The position numbers and the translations under genes are program-made. A DNA stretch of 64,000 nucleotides from Eledone cirrhosa (lineage: Eukaryota): NCBI GenBank assembly GCA_964016885.1, contig OZ024761.1:2728001-2792000 (forward strand), read 5' to 3'. A model generated the notes under the pieces. The model did not search any database and had not been told where the DNA came from. It saw only the letters and a program-made list of their open reading frames with translations. Below, piece by piece: positions 41,320 through 55,619 of this stretch (the stretch's first letter is position 1; the number at the start of each line of letters is the position of its first letter).

Positions 41320-42107
41320 TTCCTATGCTTCAGTTCAGATGGTTTCGGCAGAAAGTGCTATAGGATGATCATCTTCGATAGGTTCAAAGTTGTTCGCTGT
41401 ACAAGTACACATCAAAAAGTTGGTGAAAGAACGCTCGATGAAACGTTTTAATCGCGACAACATCTTCTTAGGGTTTCGGGCCATGTTTTCCGCCTCACTC
41501 ACAAAAGTACAAAATACAAACCGTGTTAGTTATATACTATAAACAAGATGAAATGAGATGTATTTATGAAGTACAATGGGCCCGCATCTTGCGCAGTCGG
41601 TTGTTGTTGGTTTCCCCCGCCAACCCTCGCGTTATCCTTAAAGAACGCGTATATTGGAAGATCTTTTATGTAAAAGTGTATGCCCAAGATTTGGACGAAG
41701 AATAACGTCGGTTTCTATGGCAGTTGAGAAACCCTAGGTAAACAACCATAGAAACAGGGATTAATATTTTCTCCATTACTTTAGGTGGTACCTTTTCGTG
41801 TGGGTCAAGCAAGATTTAAAACATGTTCCACAGCTTTTAAGAACAAATATCTTTTCTCTCTGTTAAAAAAACAGGACTATTTAAAATGGCGGAAGATGCG
41901 AGCCCATTGTTCTGCAGATGAATAAATTATATAAATACAGTGAAAATGGTAGCGGGGAATGGAGAAATGGGAAAATTGAACAAGCAGATATTACACAAAT
42001 ATCTATAAATACGTCATCTTTCTTTTATTGATTGTGACGTCATCATTTCAGGCTTCTTTCTGCGTCAGGCAAAATGATTTTTGCCGTATTCGTTTCAGTT
42101 AAAATCC

Positions 42108-42450
42108 CTTTCAAATCTCGTACATTCTGCTTTCAAATCTCGTACATCTGCGTTCAAATCTCGTACATTCTGTGTTCAAATCCCGTTCATTCTATGTTCA
42201 AATCTCGTACATTATGTGTTCAAATCTCGTTCATTCTCTGTTCAAATCTCGTTCATTGTCTTCAAATCGCGTACATTCTGTCCTCAAAATCTCATTCATT
42301 ATGTGTTCAAATCTCATTTATTCTGTCTTCAAATATCGTTCATCTGTGTTCAAATCTCGTATATTCTGTGTTCAAATCTCGTCCATTCTGTGTTCTGATC
42401 CAGTCAATTCTGTGATCAAATCCCATCCATTCTAAGTTCAAATCCAGTTT
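42108..42450. repeat. ~22-bp minisatellite TTCAAATCTCGTACATTCTGTG
   Basis: Direct reading. Confidence 0.9.
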
Positions 42451-42524
42451 CAGTTCAGCAGTTTTGTCTTTCATAATTTCCAAATCGATCAAATGGAGCA
42501 AACAGTCTAGTACTGTGATCGATT

Positions 42525-42759
42525 CTTCTCCCCCACTCTCTCACTCTCTGTCAGTTTCTCTCTCTGTTGCTCTCTCTCTTTCTATAACTCTGTCTTTCTC
42601 TCTCTTTCTATCACTCTGTCTCTTTCTCTGTCTTTTTCTGTGTCTCTCTCTGTCAATCTCTCTCTCTCTCCCTCTCTCTCTTTCTGTCTCTCTCTCTCTG
42701 TCTCTCTCTGACTCTTTGTCAGTCTCTCTCTCTCTCTATGTCTTTCTGTGTCTCTTTGT

Positions 42760-42807
<48 letters not shown>

Positions 42808-42960
42808 TTGTTTCTCTCTCTGCCTGTCTCTGTATATCTGCTCCCCCTCTCTCTCTGTTTCAGTCTGTCTCGCCCCCTCTCTTCCTGTCTGTCTCTCTCT
42901 CTCTGTATCCTCCCCCTCTTTCTCCCTCTCTGTCTCTTACTCTCTGTTACCACTCTCCCT
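42525..42960. repeat. (CT)n-rich tract
   Basis: Direct reading. Confidence 0.9.
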
Positions 42961-43603
42961 GTAGGTATATCATAATCCTCATGAACATCATTATTTTACG
43001 TTTGCATGGGTTGGACATGTCCTCCACCCCAGTACTACATCCCTCCATTCCTAACAATCCTTTATCATCGATACCACGAGCTTCAGCGATTTGTGATCAG
43101 CTCTCACAACTTCCGCCCAGGTCTTCCTTCTTTTTTCTCTCCCACAACTAGGGCTCTATTTAGATCTTGGGGGCCCTGGGTACTTCAGGTTTGAGCCCCT
43201 GCCCCCCTCATACACAAAAAATTAGAATACACAGCAAACCACCCAATTTTACATATCAAAGTTAGCTTGGCAAGTAATTAGAATTGAGAAGTTATACATA
43301 CAGGTATTAAATAAAAACAATTCTAACCACCCTAAAACTAAAAAGCCCAGCTGAGGGCACAAATAAATTGCTACGTCCTTCGCTGGTGGGGCCGCCCACT
43401 ATAGGACGCCCGCAGCAAGAGGTCTGATACCATCTCATCCTCTACGCAGAAGCAGTGACCATCAAACCATAGTCGTTAGAATGTCCGTCACTTTCTTAAT
43501 AGCGGATTAGAATTCTGTGAAGGATTTAAACAAATTCTAACATACTATAATGTTTGTGCTATTACATTTAGTCACTAAATGTACACATATGTGTGTATAT
43601 ATA

Positions 43604-44227
43604 TACTGGGATACATGTTACCAGTAGCACCACTTGGTGCTACTGGTAACATGTATCCCAGTACAACCTGTCTCATGGTCGGGTCGTTGGCGACTAAACT
43701 GGCAACCCCCACCAAGGTTTCTTGGTGAGGAGGGTGACTTTGGACATCCTGCAGGACTAAAAACAAAACCTGTCAAAGGGCAAAGGAGCTCTTAAGAGTC
43801 AATGGCCATCCAAAATCACCGGGAGAGATAACCCCTTAGCCTTTGTCAAGGCAGAATTCTAGGAGAAGGAAAACTCTGATATAACACCTGCAACCCTGAT
43901 GGTATCCAATGATGTTCACTTGTTCTTCTTTTTGGAAAATATCATCTTGGTTAAGAGAGTGGGACTGGCTTTGTGCAGTGCCTTTGCTCACTATAAAAGC
44001 TTCATGGCACAGGCATTGCTTTATATCTGGAGATCTCTCTGCACTTGTCGTCACATGGTACCATGGGCCCAGCACTATGTGTCAATAATTGTCACAAGTG
44101 TAGTGTTAGTACCAGAGTTTTCAAGTCGCTGGCTGGACTAAAAAGTCACACTCGTTCAGCGCATCGGTAGGAGTTCTCCTACATGGATATAAAGTAGTGG
44201 CCGTACTCGAAAACGAGTTGGCAGCCA

Positions 44228-44230
<3 letters not shown>
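43604..44230 (+). mobile_element. RTE-derived non-autonomous element (~595 bp) with a 5' fold-back
   Basis: Nearly identical to 60213-60805; carries the RTE 5'UTR motif ctaggagaagg.aaactc and an RTE-like 3' end ggcc.tactcga.aacgag..ggcagcca; hairpin at 43604-43663. Confidence 0.8.
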
Positions 44231-44271
<41 letters not shown>

Positions 44272-44279
<8 letters not shown>

Positions 44280-44591
44280 AGATCAAAAGATGGTTAAAAG
44301 AGTTCCAAGTATTTTATTATGCGCATTTCAAAAACAAATATCATCATGGGACGATATCTGCGTTTTCATCAGATAAAATAGGGATACATGATATGAAGCT
44401 TAAAAAACACTTATGAATAGTGAAGTTTTAAATCAACATTTAAAACTTCACTATTCACAAGTGTTTTTTAAGCTTCATATCATGTATCCCTATTTTATCT
44501 GATGAAAACGCAGATATCGTCCCATGATGATATTTGTTTTTGAAATGCGCATAATAAAATACTTGGAACTCTTTTAACCATCTTTTGATCT

Positions 44592-44599
<8 letters not shown>
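44272..44599. mobile_element. Near-perfect ~328-bp palindrome with two head-to-head HHRs, embedded in (TA)n
   Basis: ~162-bp arms with loop caac at 44434-44437 and one mismatch seen. HHR (+) at 44491-44561: tattttat-CTGATGA-aaac..gtttt-t-GAAA-T-GCGC-A-TA-ataaaata. Confidence 0.88.
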
Positions 44600-44622
<23 letters not shown>

Positions 44623-45197
44623 CAATTCATCCAAAAATACATGCATACACTTATACATACATATACATGAATACATACCTGCAAACATACGTATATACAC
44701 ATATAACAGAGATTGATACACACATGTAGACATACACTTTGAAATATTTAAATTTCTCTTCTCTCACTCTCTTCTCTCTCACTCTCACCCTCTGTCCTTT
44801 CTCCTCTCTCTCACTCTCCACTCTCTCACTCTCTTTATCTTCTCCTCTCATCCTCTATATCTCTCTCTCCTCTCTTTCTCCTCTCTTTCTCCTCTCTCTT
44901 AATTTCTCCCCATAATTTTATTAATATGACCAAGTAAAAAATAATCAAATCAAATTAAGATTAAATTTTCTACTTCGATTTCTTTCTATCTTCTTTCACC
45001 CCCACTCCCTCCCTCCTTCCTATTTTGATTTTCAGGAAGTTTTAAATGTAATTTTTTTTGTAATTTAATTTAAATGTAATTTTTTTTTAAATGTAATTTT
45101 TTTTTGTCAATCTTCTTACTTTTTTTATTTAAAGCTGTTAACTAAATTAGAAAGCTGATGGCCCTGCCAATAATTGTCTGTATCTATAAAACATCTG

Positions 45198-45520
45198 AGG
45201 CGGCAAATTTGCAGAGTCGTTAGAATGTCGGATAGAATACCTTGTGGTATTGGTTTTGTCTCTCTCGCTCTCTGGGTTCAAATCCTGCCGAGGTCAACTT
45301 TACCTCTGGAGGTCGATAGAAGAAGTACCAGTCAAGTATTGGGGTCGATTCTTCCTCTATATCTCTCTCTCATTGTCTATCTATCTCTGGAAGAAATCTG
45401 CTGTACTCATACCTGGAAGGGGATGGGCTCCGCCAGGCTTAAAATGCCCAAGAAATGCCGTATGTCAACACGGCGCCCCTATGACGCAATCAGGAGTTTT
45501 GGGACCATACTATACATACA
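45198..45520 (+). mobile_element. SINE family 2
   Basis: tRNA-like head ending gggttcaaatcctgccgaggtcaacttt, long tail ending gggaccatactatacatacat. Confidence 0.75.
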
Positions 45521-45734
45521 TTATAGATCTGATAGTTCCAACTACCTTTAGTAAGCATCTATAATGTCTTCCAAAGTGCCAATTCTGCCAAGGAATCAGC
45601 ATTCCTGTTATGTCCGTAGGGATAAACGAATACACTGCAACAGTGTAATGACGATATAATTGAAACAAACGGCAATAACCACACGTAACGGAACAAGAAC
45701 CTTTTAAGAACCAACAATCCAACAGACTGAACTT

Positions 45735-47877
45735 GAACTCCAGCTTCGACTATCAACACACCTACTGTGGAACTAGTACCAACTTTGACTATCGATACAC
45801 CATCTGTGAAACTAGTACCAGCTTTGACTATCAACACACCAACTGTGGAACTAGTACCAACTTTGACTATCGATACACCATCTGTGAAACTAGTACCAGC
45901 TTTGACTATCAACACACCAACTGTGGAACTAGTACCAACTTTGACTATCGATACACCATCTGTGGAACTAGTACCAGCTTTGAGTACCAATACACAAACT
46001 GTAGAACTAGTACCAACTTTGATTATCAACACACCAACTGTGGAACTAGTACCAACTTTGACTATCAACACACCATTTGTGGAACTAGTACCAACTTTGA
46101 CTATCGATACACCATCTGTAGAACTAGTACCAACTTTGACTACCAACACACCATCTGTGGAACTAGTACCAGCTTTGACTATCAACACACCAACCGTGGA
46201 ACTAGTACCAACTTCGACTATCAACACACCAACTGTAGAACTAGTACCAACTTTGACTATCAACACACCAACTGTGGAACTAGTACCAAATTTGACTATC
46301 GATACACCATCTGTAGAACTAGTACCAGCTTTGACTATCAACACACCAACCGTGGAAATAGTACCAACTTTGACTATCAACAGACCAACTGTAGAACTAG
46401 TACCAACTTTGACTATCAACACACCAACTGTCGAACTAGTACCAACTTTGACTATCAACACACCAACAGTCGGTCTAGTACCAACTTAGACGATCAACAC
46501 ACCAACTGTGGAACTAGTACCAACTTTGACTATCAACAGACCAACTGTAGAACTAGTACCAACTTGGACTACCAATACACAAACTGTAGAACTAGTACCA
46601 ACTTTGACTATCGATACACCATCTATGGAACTAGTACCAGCTTTGACTATCAACACACCAACTGTCGAACTAGTACCAGCTTCGAGTACCAACAAACTAA
46701 CTGTAGAACTATTACCAGCTTTGACTATCAACACACCAACCGTGGAACTAGTACCAACTTTGACTATCAACACACCAACTGTGGAACTAGTACCAAATTT
46801 GACTATCAACAGACCAACTGTAGAACTAGTACCACCTTTGACTACCAACACACCAACTGTGGAACTAGTACCAGCTTTGACTATCAACACACCAACTGTG
46901 GAACTAGTACAAATTTTGACTATCAACACACCAACTGTGGAACTAGTACCAACTTTGACTATCAACAGACCAACTGTGGAACTAGTACCAACTTTGACTA
47001 TCAACAGACCAACTGTGGAACTAGTACCAACTTTGACTATCAACAGACCAACCGTGGAACTAGTACCAACTTCGACTATCAACACACCAACTGTGGAACT
47101 AGTAACACCTTTGACTATCAACAGACCAACTGTCGAACTAGTACCAACTTTGACAACCAACACACCAACTGTCGAACTAGTACCAACTTTGACTATCAAC
47201 ACACCAACAGTCGAACTAGTACCAACTTTGACTATCAACACACCAACTGTGGAACTAGTACCAACTTTGACTATCAACACACCAACAGTCGAACTAGTAC
47301 CAACTTCGACTATCAACACACCAACAGTCGAACTAGTACCAAATTTGACTATCAACAGACCAACTGTAGAACTAGTACCAACTTTGACTACCAACACACC
47401 AACTGTGGAACTAGTACCAGCTTTTACTACCAACACACCAACTGTGGAACTAGTACCAACTTGGACTACCAATACACAAACTGTAGAACTAGTACCAACT
47501 GTGACTATCAATACACCAACAATGTGAATAGTACCAGCTTTGACTATCAACACACCAACTGTGGAACTAGTACCAACTTTGACTATCAACACACCAACAG
47601 TCGAACTAGTACCAACTTCGACTATCAACACACCAACAGTCGAACTAGTACCAAATTTGACTATCAACAGACCAACTGTAGAACTAGTACCAACTTTGAC
47701 TACCAACACACCAACTGTGGAACTAGTACCAGCTTTTACTACCAACACACCAACTGTGGAACTAGTACCAACTTGGACTACCAATACACAAACTGTAGAA
47801 CTAGTACCAACTGTGACTATCAATACACCAACAATGTGAATAGTACCAGCTTTGACTATCAACACACCAACTGTGGA
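45735..47877. repeat. 39-bp minisatellite (~55 copies) with a 312-bp higher-order duplication
   Basis: Unit ACTAGTACCAACTTTGACTATCAACACACCAACTGTGGA; the variant aatgtgaatagt recurs at 47521 and 47833. Confidence 0.95.
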
Positions 47878-48769
47878 CCTTGTGCCTACTTCTTCCACTT
47901 ACTCAGTCCGCTACTATTTATGTTATTGTTCAGCCTATTCTCGCCAGAGGGAGAGGTGTCGTACTCTCGCACAGCAATTCCCCCAACCCGGGCTCTTTTC
48001 ACATAAATATTGTCGATATTAAAAAACAAATCATATGTACATGTGTATTGGTCATCCGTCGGCTGCGACGACGACTGTTACACATGAATCTATACAAAGC
48101 CTACATCTGAATTCATACATCCATGTACGCATACTCCTCCACGCGCGAGCACAAACACATCACGCGTATATATAGATTTATACACAGATGTAGAACTTCC
48201 CAAGTTTTAGTAGCACAATAAAATGCCCTCAGCAGAAGATGGGATTGTGTCATAATTCCGGTCCACCTAGAGTATGATGACATTCCAACGCTAGCAGGGA
48301 ACACAGACGTGAACTGATGATATATATGTGTGTAAATATATCCTAGTTTTTAGGATAGGTAGGCCTTATCCTAATGTGTCCTACATTCCTTGTTCTATCA
48401 AATACTTTTATATATCATTCTAATACATGAAAATAGTTTCTCATGAAGACAACATATGTTTAATAATATATGTGGATACCTCTTTAAGAGATCTTTAATA
48501 TACAGCGTGGTAACTAGGATGGACATGAGACTGTAAAGTAACTCAAAACATCCTGTCTAACCTATGTCAACATAGGAAAGTAAATATAAAACAATGGTGA
48601 TGATGATATAATTATCTCCTCTTGATTTTTAATCATTTTAAATCCCATCAGAGTGATCTCCCTTGTCCTATACCAGCAACGAAAAAGTGGTTGAACCTCC
48701 ATTGGTTTCGATGAAGAGTGTACAAGTTGTTCAAAGAACGGACAGCCTGCACATAAAATTAACTTTGAA

Positions 48770-48970
48770 ATGGCTAAACATTCCACAGACACGTGCACCC
48801 TTAACTGACAAAGCTGGCCCTTTGAAATGTACAGTTCCTTTCTCCCATCTGAGTATATTGGAACAATGTGAAATAAAGTGTCTTGCTGAAGGACACAATG
48901 CATCGTTGTGAATCGAACACACGGGTTTGTGATCGTGAACTGAACACTCTAACAACTAAACCACATATCT
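48770..48970 (-). mobile_element. SINE related to family 3
   Basis: Minus strand tRNA-like head ggtttagttgttagagtgttcagttcacgatc..gttcgattc..tgtgtccttcagcaagacactttatttcac. Confidence 0.6.
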
Positions 48971-48999
48971 TCACACAAGTGGCTAAATATTTACCTGGT

Positions 49000-49670
49000 G
49001 ATGTTTTAACGGTGTAATGTTATTTCACACGACGAGCTTTCGAGTCAACCAATCACAGCAACATATTTCGCTAGAGAATATAACAGTGAAATTGCATAGT
49101 CTGCAAAATGCATAGTCTGCAAATTAAGCCTTCAAGTTATCTGCAAAACTGGAAAGGTAGTATATAACATAAGATGAACTGAGGGACAATGTAGGAATAA
49201 GAATATAACATACATAGGTGAAACAGATCGGAAGTTGTTGAAGTATGTATCGACTATTTTTTGATAGGAGACTTCTAGCATCCTGAGTCCCCAGACCACC
49301 CCCGATTATCAGCATGGAGTTGGTCACCCCAACGAATAAACTCTACGAGTTGGAATGGCTCAGTCCGTGCGTCTCCTGCGGCTATCCTCTGGGGTAACAC
49401 TTTGTCTGCTGGGACTAAGTGGTGGTATATGCCTGGGGCTCTGTAGGTCGGATAGGTAGAACAGACGACAGAGGGTGGGAGAGATCCATGTCAGTTTTTC
49501 CAGTGGTAGGGAGTTGGCTTACATAGCGCTTCTCTGGTCAGTTTTCATGTTGAAGGATAACTTAGGTTGTTGCTCAAGTATATGGAATCTCTCCCGGAGA
49601 CATAGTTGACAGTGGCGGCGCCCGGGATGGTATTAGGGTGGGGGATCTATCTAAAATGCTCCGTTTAAGG
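49000..49670 (-). mobile_element. Degenerate PLE 3' fragment
   Basis: Minus-strand translation near 49540-49668: LKRSILDRSPP*YHPGRRHCQLCLRERFHILEQ, typical of the PLE GIY-YIG tail. The left boundary is uncertain. Confidence 0.55.
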
Positions 49671-49693
49671 ATCTATTATGTTGGTCACTAACA

Positions 49694-49990
49694 GGCGGCG
49701 AATTGTCAAAGTCTTTAGAACGTCGGATAAAATGCCTTGCGGTATTCATTCCGACTTTCTACTCTCCGATTTCAAATCCCGCTAAGATCAACTATGCGAG
49801 TACCAATCTAGAACTGGGTTCGATTCTTCCTCTATATCTCTTTCTCTAACTCACCCTCTATCCTTCTCTGGAAGAAATCTGCTGGAAAGGAGATGGGGTG
49901 CCACCATGTTTTAAAATGCTCTAGAAAGGCAGCTATGTCAATATGGCGCAACTACGACTTCTTCGGGCGTTATGGATCCATTCATACATA
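49694..49990 (+). mobile_element. SINE family 2
   Basis: Matches 45198-45520. Confidence 0.75.
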
Positions 49991-52900
49991 CATGTGGACC
50001 ACTATATACACCATACATGAGGACCACTACATACACCATACATGTGGGCCACTACATACACCATACATGAGGACCACTACATACACCATACATGTGGACC
50101 ACTACATACACCATACATGTGGACCACTATATACACCATACATGAGGACTACTACATACACCATACATGTGGACCACTACATACACCATACATGTGGACC
50201 ACTACATACACCATACATGTGGACCACTACATACACCATACATGTGGACCAATACATACACCATACATGTGGACCACTACATACACCATACATGTGGACC
50301 ACTACATACACCATACATGTGGACCACTACATACACCATACATGAGGACCACTACATACACCATACATGTGAACCACTATATACACCATACATGAGGACC
50401 ACTACATACACCATACATGTGGACCACTACATACACCATACATGTGGACCACTACATACACCATACATGTGGACCACTATATACACCATACATGTGGACC
50501 ACTACATACACCATACATGTGGACCACTACATACACCATACATGTGGACCACTACATACACCATACATGTGAGCCACTACATACACCATACATGTGGACC
50601 ACTACATACACCATACATGTGGGCCACTACATACACCATACATGTGGACCACTATATACACCATACATGTGGACCACTACATACACCATACATGTGGACC
50701 ACTACATACACCATACATGTGGACCACTACATACACCATACATGTGGACCACTATATACACCATACATGTGGACCACTACATACACCATACATGTGGACC
50801 ACTACATACACCATACATGTGGACCACTACATACACCATACATGTGGACCACTATATACACCATACATGTGGACCAATACATACACCATACATGTGGACC
50901 ACTACATACACCATACATGTGCACCACTACATACACTATACATGTGGACCACTACATACACCATACATGTGGACCACTACATACACCATACATGTGGACC
51001 ACTACATACACCATACATGTGGACCACTACATACACCATACATGAGGACCACTACATACACCATACATGTGGACCACTACATACACCATACATGTGGACC
51101 ACTACATACACCATACATATGGACCACCATACATGTGGACCACTACACACACCATACATATGGACCACTATATACACCATACATGTGGACCACTACATAC
51201 ACCATACATGTGGACCATTACATACACCATACATATGGACCACCATACATGTGGACCACTACACACACCATACATATGGACCACTATATACACCATACAT
51301 GTGGACCACTACATACACCATACATGAGGACTACTACATACACCACACATGTGGACCACTACATACACCATACATGTGGACCACTACATACACCATACAT
51401 GTGAGCCACTACATACACCATACATGTGGACCACTACATACACCATACATGTGGGCCACTACATACACCATACATGTGGACCACTACATACACCATACAT
51501 GTGGACCACTATATACACCATACATGTGGACCAATACATACACCATACATGTGGACCACTACATACACCATACATGTGCACCACTACATACACTATACAT
51601 GAGGACCACTATATACACCATACATGTGGACCACTACATACACCATACATGTGGACCACTACATACACCATACATGTGGACCACTACATACACCATACAT
51701 GTGGACCACTACATACACCATACATGAGGACCACTACATACACCATACATGTGGACCACTACATACACCATACATATGGACCACCATACATGTGGACCAC
51801 TACACACACCATACATATGGACCACTATATACACCATACATGTGGACCACTACATACACCATACATGTGGACCACTACATACACCATACATGTGGACCAC
51901 TACATACACTATACATGTGGGCCACTACATACACACATACATGTGGGCCACTACATACACACATACATGTGGGATACGACATACACCATACATGTGGACC
52001 ACTACATATACCATACATGTGGGCCACTACATACACCATACATGTGGACCACTACATACACCATACATGTGGACCACTACATACACCATACATGTGGACC
52101 ACTACATACACCATACATGTGGACCACTACATACACCATACATGTGGACCACTACATACACCATACATGAGGACCACTACATACACCATACATGTGGACC
52201 ACTACATACACCATACATGTGGACCACTACATACACCATACATGTGGACCACTACATACACCATACATGTGGACCACTACATACACCAAACATGTGGACA
52301 ATTACATACACCATACATGTGGACCACTACATGCATCATACATGTGGACCATTACATATACCATACATGTGGATCACTACATACATCATACATGTGGGCC
52401 ACTACATACACTATACATGTGGACCAATACATACACCATACATGTGGACCATTACATACATCATACATGTGTACCACTACATACACCAAACATGTGGACC
52501 ACTACATACACCATACATGTGGACCAATACATACACCATACATGTGGACCACTACATACACCAAACAGGTGGGTCACTCCGTACACCAAACATGTGAACC
52601 ACTACATACACCATACATGTGGACCACTACATACACCATACATGTGGGTCACTCCGTACACCATACATGAGGACCACTATATACAGCATACATGTGGACC
52701 ACTACATACACCATACATGTGGGTCACTCCGTACACCAAACATGTGAACCACTACATACAGCATACATGTGGACCACTACATACACCAAACATGTGGGTC
52801 ACTCCGTACACCAAATATGTGAACCACTACATACAGCATACATGTGGACCACTACATACAGCATACATGTGGGCCACTACGTACACCATACATGTGGGTC

Positions 52901-53145
52901 ACTACAAGCACCCATACATGTGGGCTACTACATACACCATACATGTGGGCTACTACATACACCATACATGTGGGCCACTACATACACCATACATGTGGGC
53001 CACTACATACAGCATACATGTGGACCACTACATTCACCATATATGTGGGCCACTACGTACACCATACATGTGGGTCACTACATGCACCCATACATGTGGG
53101 CTACTACATACACCATACATGTGGGCCACTACGTACACCCATACA
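49985..53145. repeat. 25-bp minisatellite CATACATGTGGACCACTACATACAC, ~125 copies
   Basis: Direct reading; the His/Thr/Tyr ORFs are artefacts. Confidence 0.97.
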
Positions 53146-53778
53146 TTCACAAGACTCTACTAAACTACATTTCATTTGTTTAATTCCGTAAACTACGGAA
53201 GGAAGTTTAAGAAAATATTTTATTACTGTTGCCAAAAATGAGCTTCTATTGTTGTCAAGATAATCAATAAGTTCCTGAGAGCTCCTCAGGTTCCAGACCT
53301 TATATTTGTCTCATTAGTTTCCAGTTGTGATCTCTGTGGAAAATTTATGGCAAATCTTGAAAGTGAAATCGGAATTAATGAAATGTTACAGTCAAGTAAT
53401 CTTTATTAATGTCAATAGCAATTATAATACACATAATTGAGAAAACGTCAGGGGATTTTAATTAAAATATACCTCGAAATAATCAGATCAGAGGCATTGA
53501 TTATTGGTGTTCTAGATTATAATAGAATCGATTTGGTTCCTAATAGAAATAAATATTGTTTTCTTTAAAAAATGACCTCTTTGTTAATATTGTAAGGTTC
53601 CTCTTATTCCCAACAGGCTTTACGTATGTATGTGTGTATGTATGTATGCATGTATGTATGCATTTTGTATGTAGGTATGTGTGTATGTATGCATTATGTA
53701 TGTATGTATGTATGTATGTATGTATGTATGTATGTATGTATGTATGTATGTATGTATGTATGTCGGGTCACTCTTGAG

Positions 53779-54298
53779 TGCTACTGGTAACATGTAACCC
53801 AGTACAACCTGTCGCATGGTCGGGTCGTCGGCGACTAAACCGGCAACCCCAACAAGTTTACTTGGTGAGGAGGGTGATTTTAGACACTCTGCAGGACAAA
53901 AAACAAAACCTGACAAATGGCGGAAGAACTCATAAGAGTCAACAGTCATCCAAAATTGTGTAAATATGTATATACACATGTACCGTGCGGTTAAAACACT
54001 AGGAGTGAAGGACCCCTAGCCTTTGTCAGAGCAATTTTCTAGGAGAAGGCAACTCAGGTAACTGGGATAACTCCGATATAAAACCTGCGGCTCAGTAGTT
54101 ACCGATGATGTTGATCTTTTCTTCTTTTCGGGTTATAGCTAATGTCACTCAGAGAGTGGGATTGGCTCAGTGCACAGTCATTCCTCACTTTAAAAAGATA
54201 TATTCACGCACAGGCATTGCACGATAGAATTAATTAATAATTATTAATAATGGTATATCGTGCAATGGCCACACTCGATAACGAGTGGGCAGCCATCA
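53779..54298 (+). mobile_element. Internally deleted RTE derivative (5' UTR fused to 3' tail), flanked by (TATG)n
   Basis: 53779-53955 resembles 43637-43815; 53990-54245 matches the RTE 5' UTR at 55660-55917; 54258-54298 matches the RTE 3' end at 59850-59895. Confidence 0.8.
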
Positions 54299-55199
54299 TG
54301 TATGTATGTATGTATGTATGTATGTATGTATGTATGTATGTATGTATGTATGTATTCCATCATGTATGTATGTATGTATGTATGTATGTATGTATGTATG
54401 TATGTATGTATGTATGTATGTATGTATGTATATATGTATGAGGTAGCTTATAGATAGGACAACACACGCTGTCTTTTCGTGGGGTAAGTTTTTAATTAAT
54501 TTTTGTATTCTGAAACATCAAAATACAACAATTTGTTGGTCACTGGACTCGGGAATGTCACGACAGAAGTTTGTGGAAGTTACACAAATATTTTAGTATA
54601 TTTTAGCAGAGCAGTCCTTATTTATATTTTACATTTTACATTTACTTACATCTCAATATAACATGGCTAAAATTCAAATTTTGCAAAGAGAAGAAAACGT
54701 CAAATGAACTAGATACATCTCACTGTCCCCCACCACCACAATAACGTCTACACACTCTCTCCACCATCACATGTCATTACCCTATCTAGAATAAAGTCAT
54801 CGACCTGTTGTCAAACTCTCTACTCTCTGTTGAATGTGTATATATATATATATGTATGTATATGTGTGTATATACATCACTCAGTCAAACGACCAGATTT
54901 CAACCCCAACATCTACAACAACAACAACACCGGCACTACTGTTTACAGCAACAACAGCTTCAGAATGAACTGAAATGAACATTTACAACAACAACAACAA
55001 CAACAACAACAACAGCGGCATCAAAAGATTTAAAAAAAAAAAAGGAAAGGGAAGGGAAAAAAAGGAAAAAAAAACAAAATCAAAATAATAAAACACACAC
55101 ACGCACACAACACAACAACAACATCAACTGCCACCACCACCACCACCACCGCCGCCATCACCATCACCAGCGACCGGGCCTTAAGAAAACAACTTTAAT

Positions 55200-55350
55200 A
55201 ATAATTTTTCTGCTTTTGGCACGGATCCAGCGACTGGCCAGCGCATCACTGGTACTCTCTTTTGTTGACTCCGTGGGGATGAAAGGCAAGGTTGACCTCG
55301 GCGGGATTTGAGCTCAGAGCGTGGAGGGCCGTGACTCTATGCTGTAAAGC
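55200..55350 (-). mobile_element. SINE family 1, degenerate
   Basis: ggatgaaaggcaaggttgacctcggcgggatttgagctcag. Confidence 0.7.
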
Positions 55351-55454
55351 AATTATAATAATACTGGACTGTAGTACGAACGGCTTCAACTATACAAACT
55401 CTTGAAAGTCAACAGTTGACATAATCTTGTAATCTTGTATCAGTAATGACGGTA

Positions 55455-55486
<32 letters not shown>

Positions 55487-55619
55487 AAGTGAGTAGAGTA
55501 GCGTGTGTGTGTTTGTTTGTATGTATGAGTGTTGCTGTGTGCGCGCATATGTATGCGCGTGTATGTATGTCGTACGTATAAGTGTCAATAAGTGATTTTT
55601 TTTTTTTTTTTTTTTTTTT

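Noticed and set aside
41560-42070. Possible promoter or first exon (aaaatggcgg, tgacgtca)
   Set aside because: Short motifs only; the ATG frame closes after 11 codons and there is no supporting exon structure.
49893-53191. His-rich repeat protein ORFs
   Set aside because: The 25-bp unit is not a multiple of 3, so the same peptide cycles through all frames; it is a satellite.
54880-55180. Poly-Q / poly-P/T-like stretch suggesting a host exon
   Set aside because: Trinucleotide repeats broken by stops and A-runs, with no sustained ORF or splice evidence.
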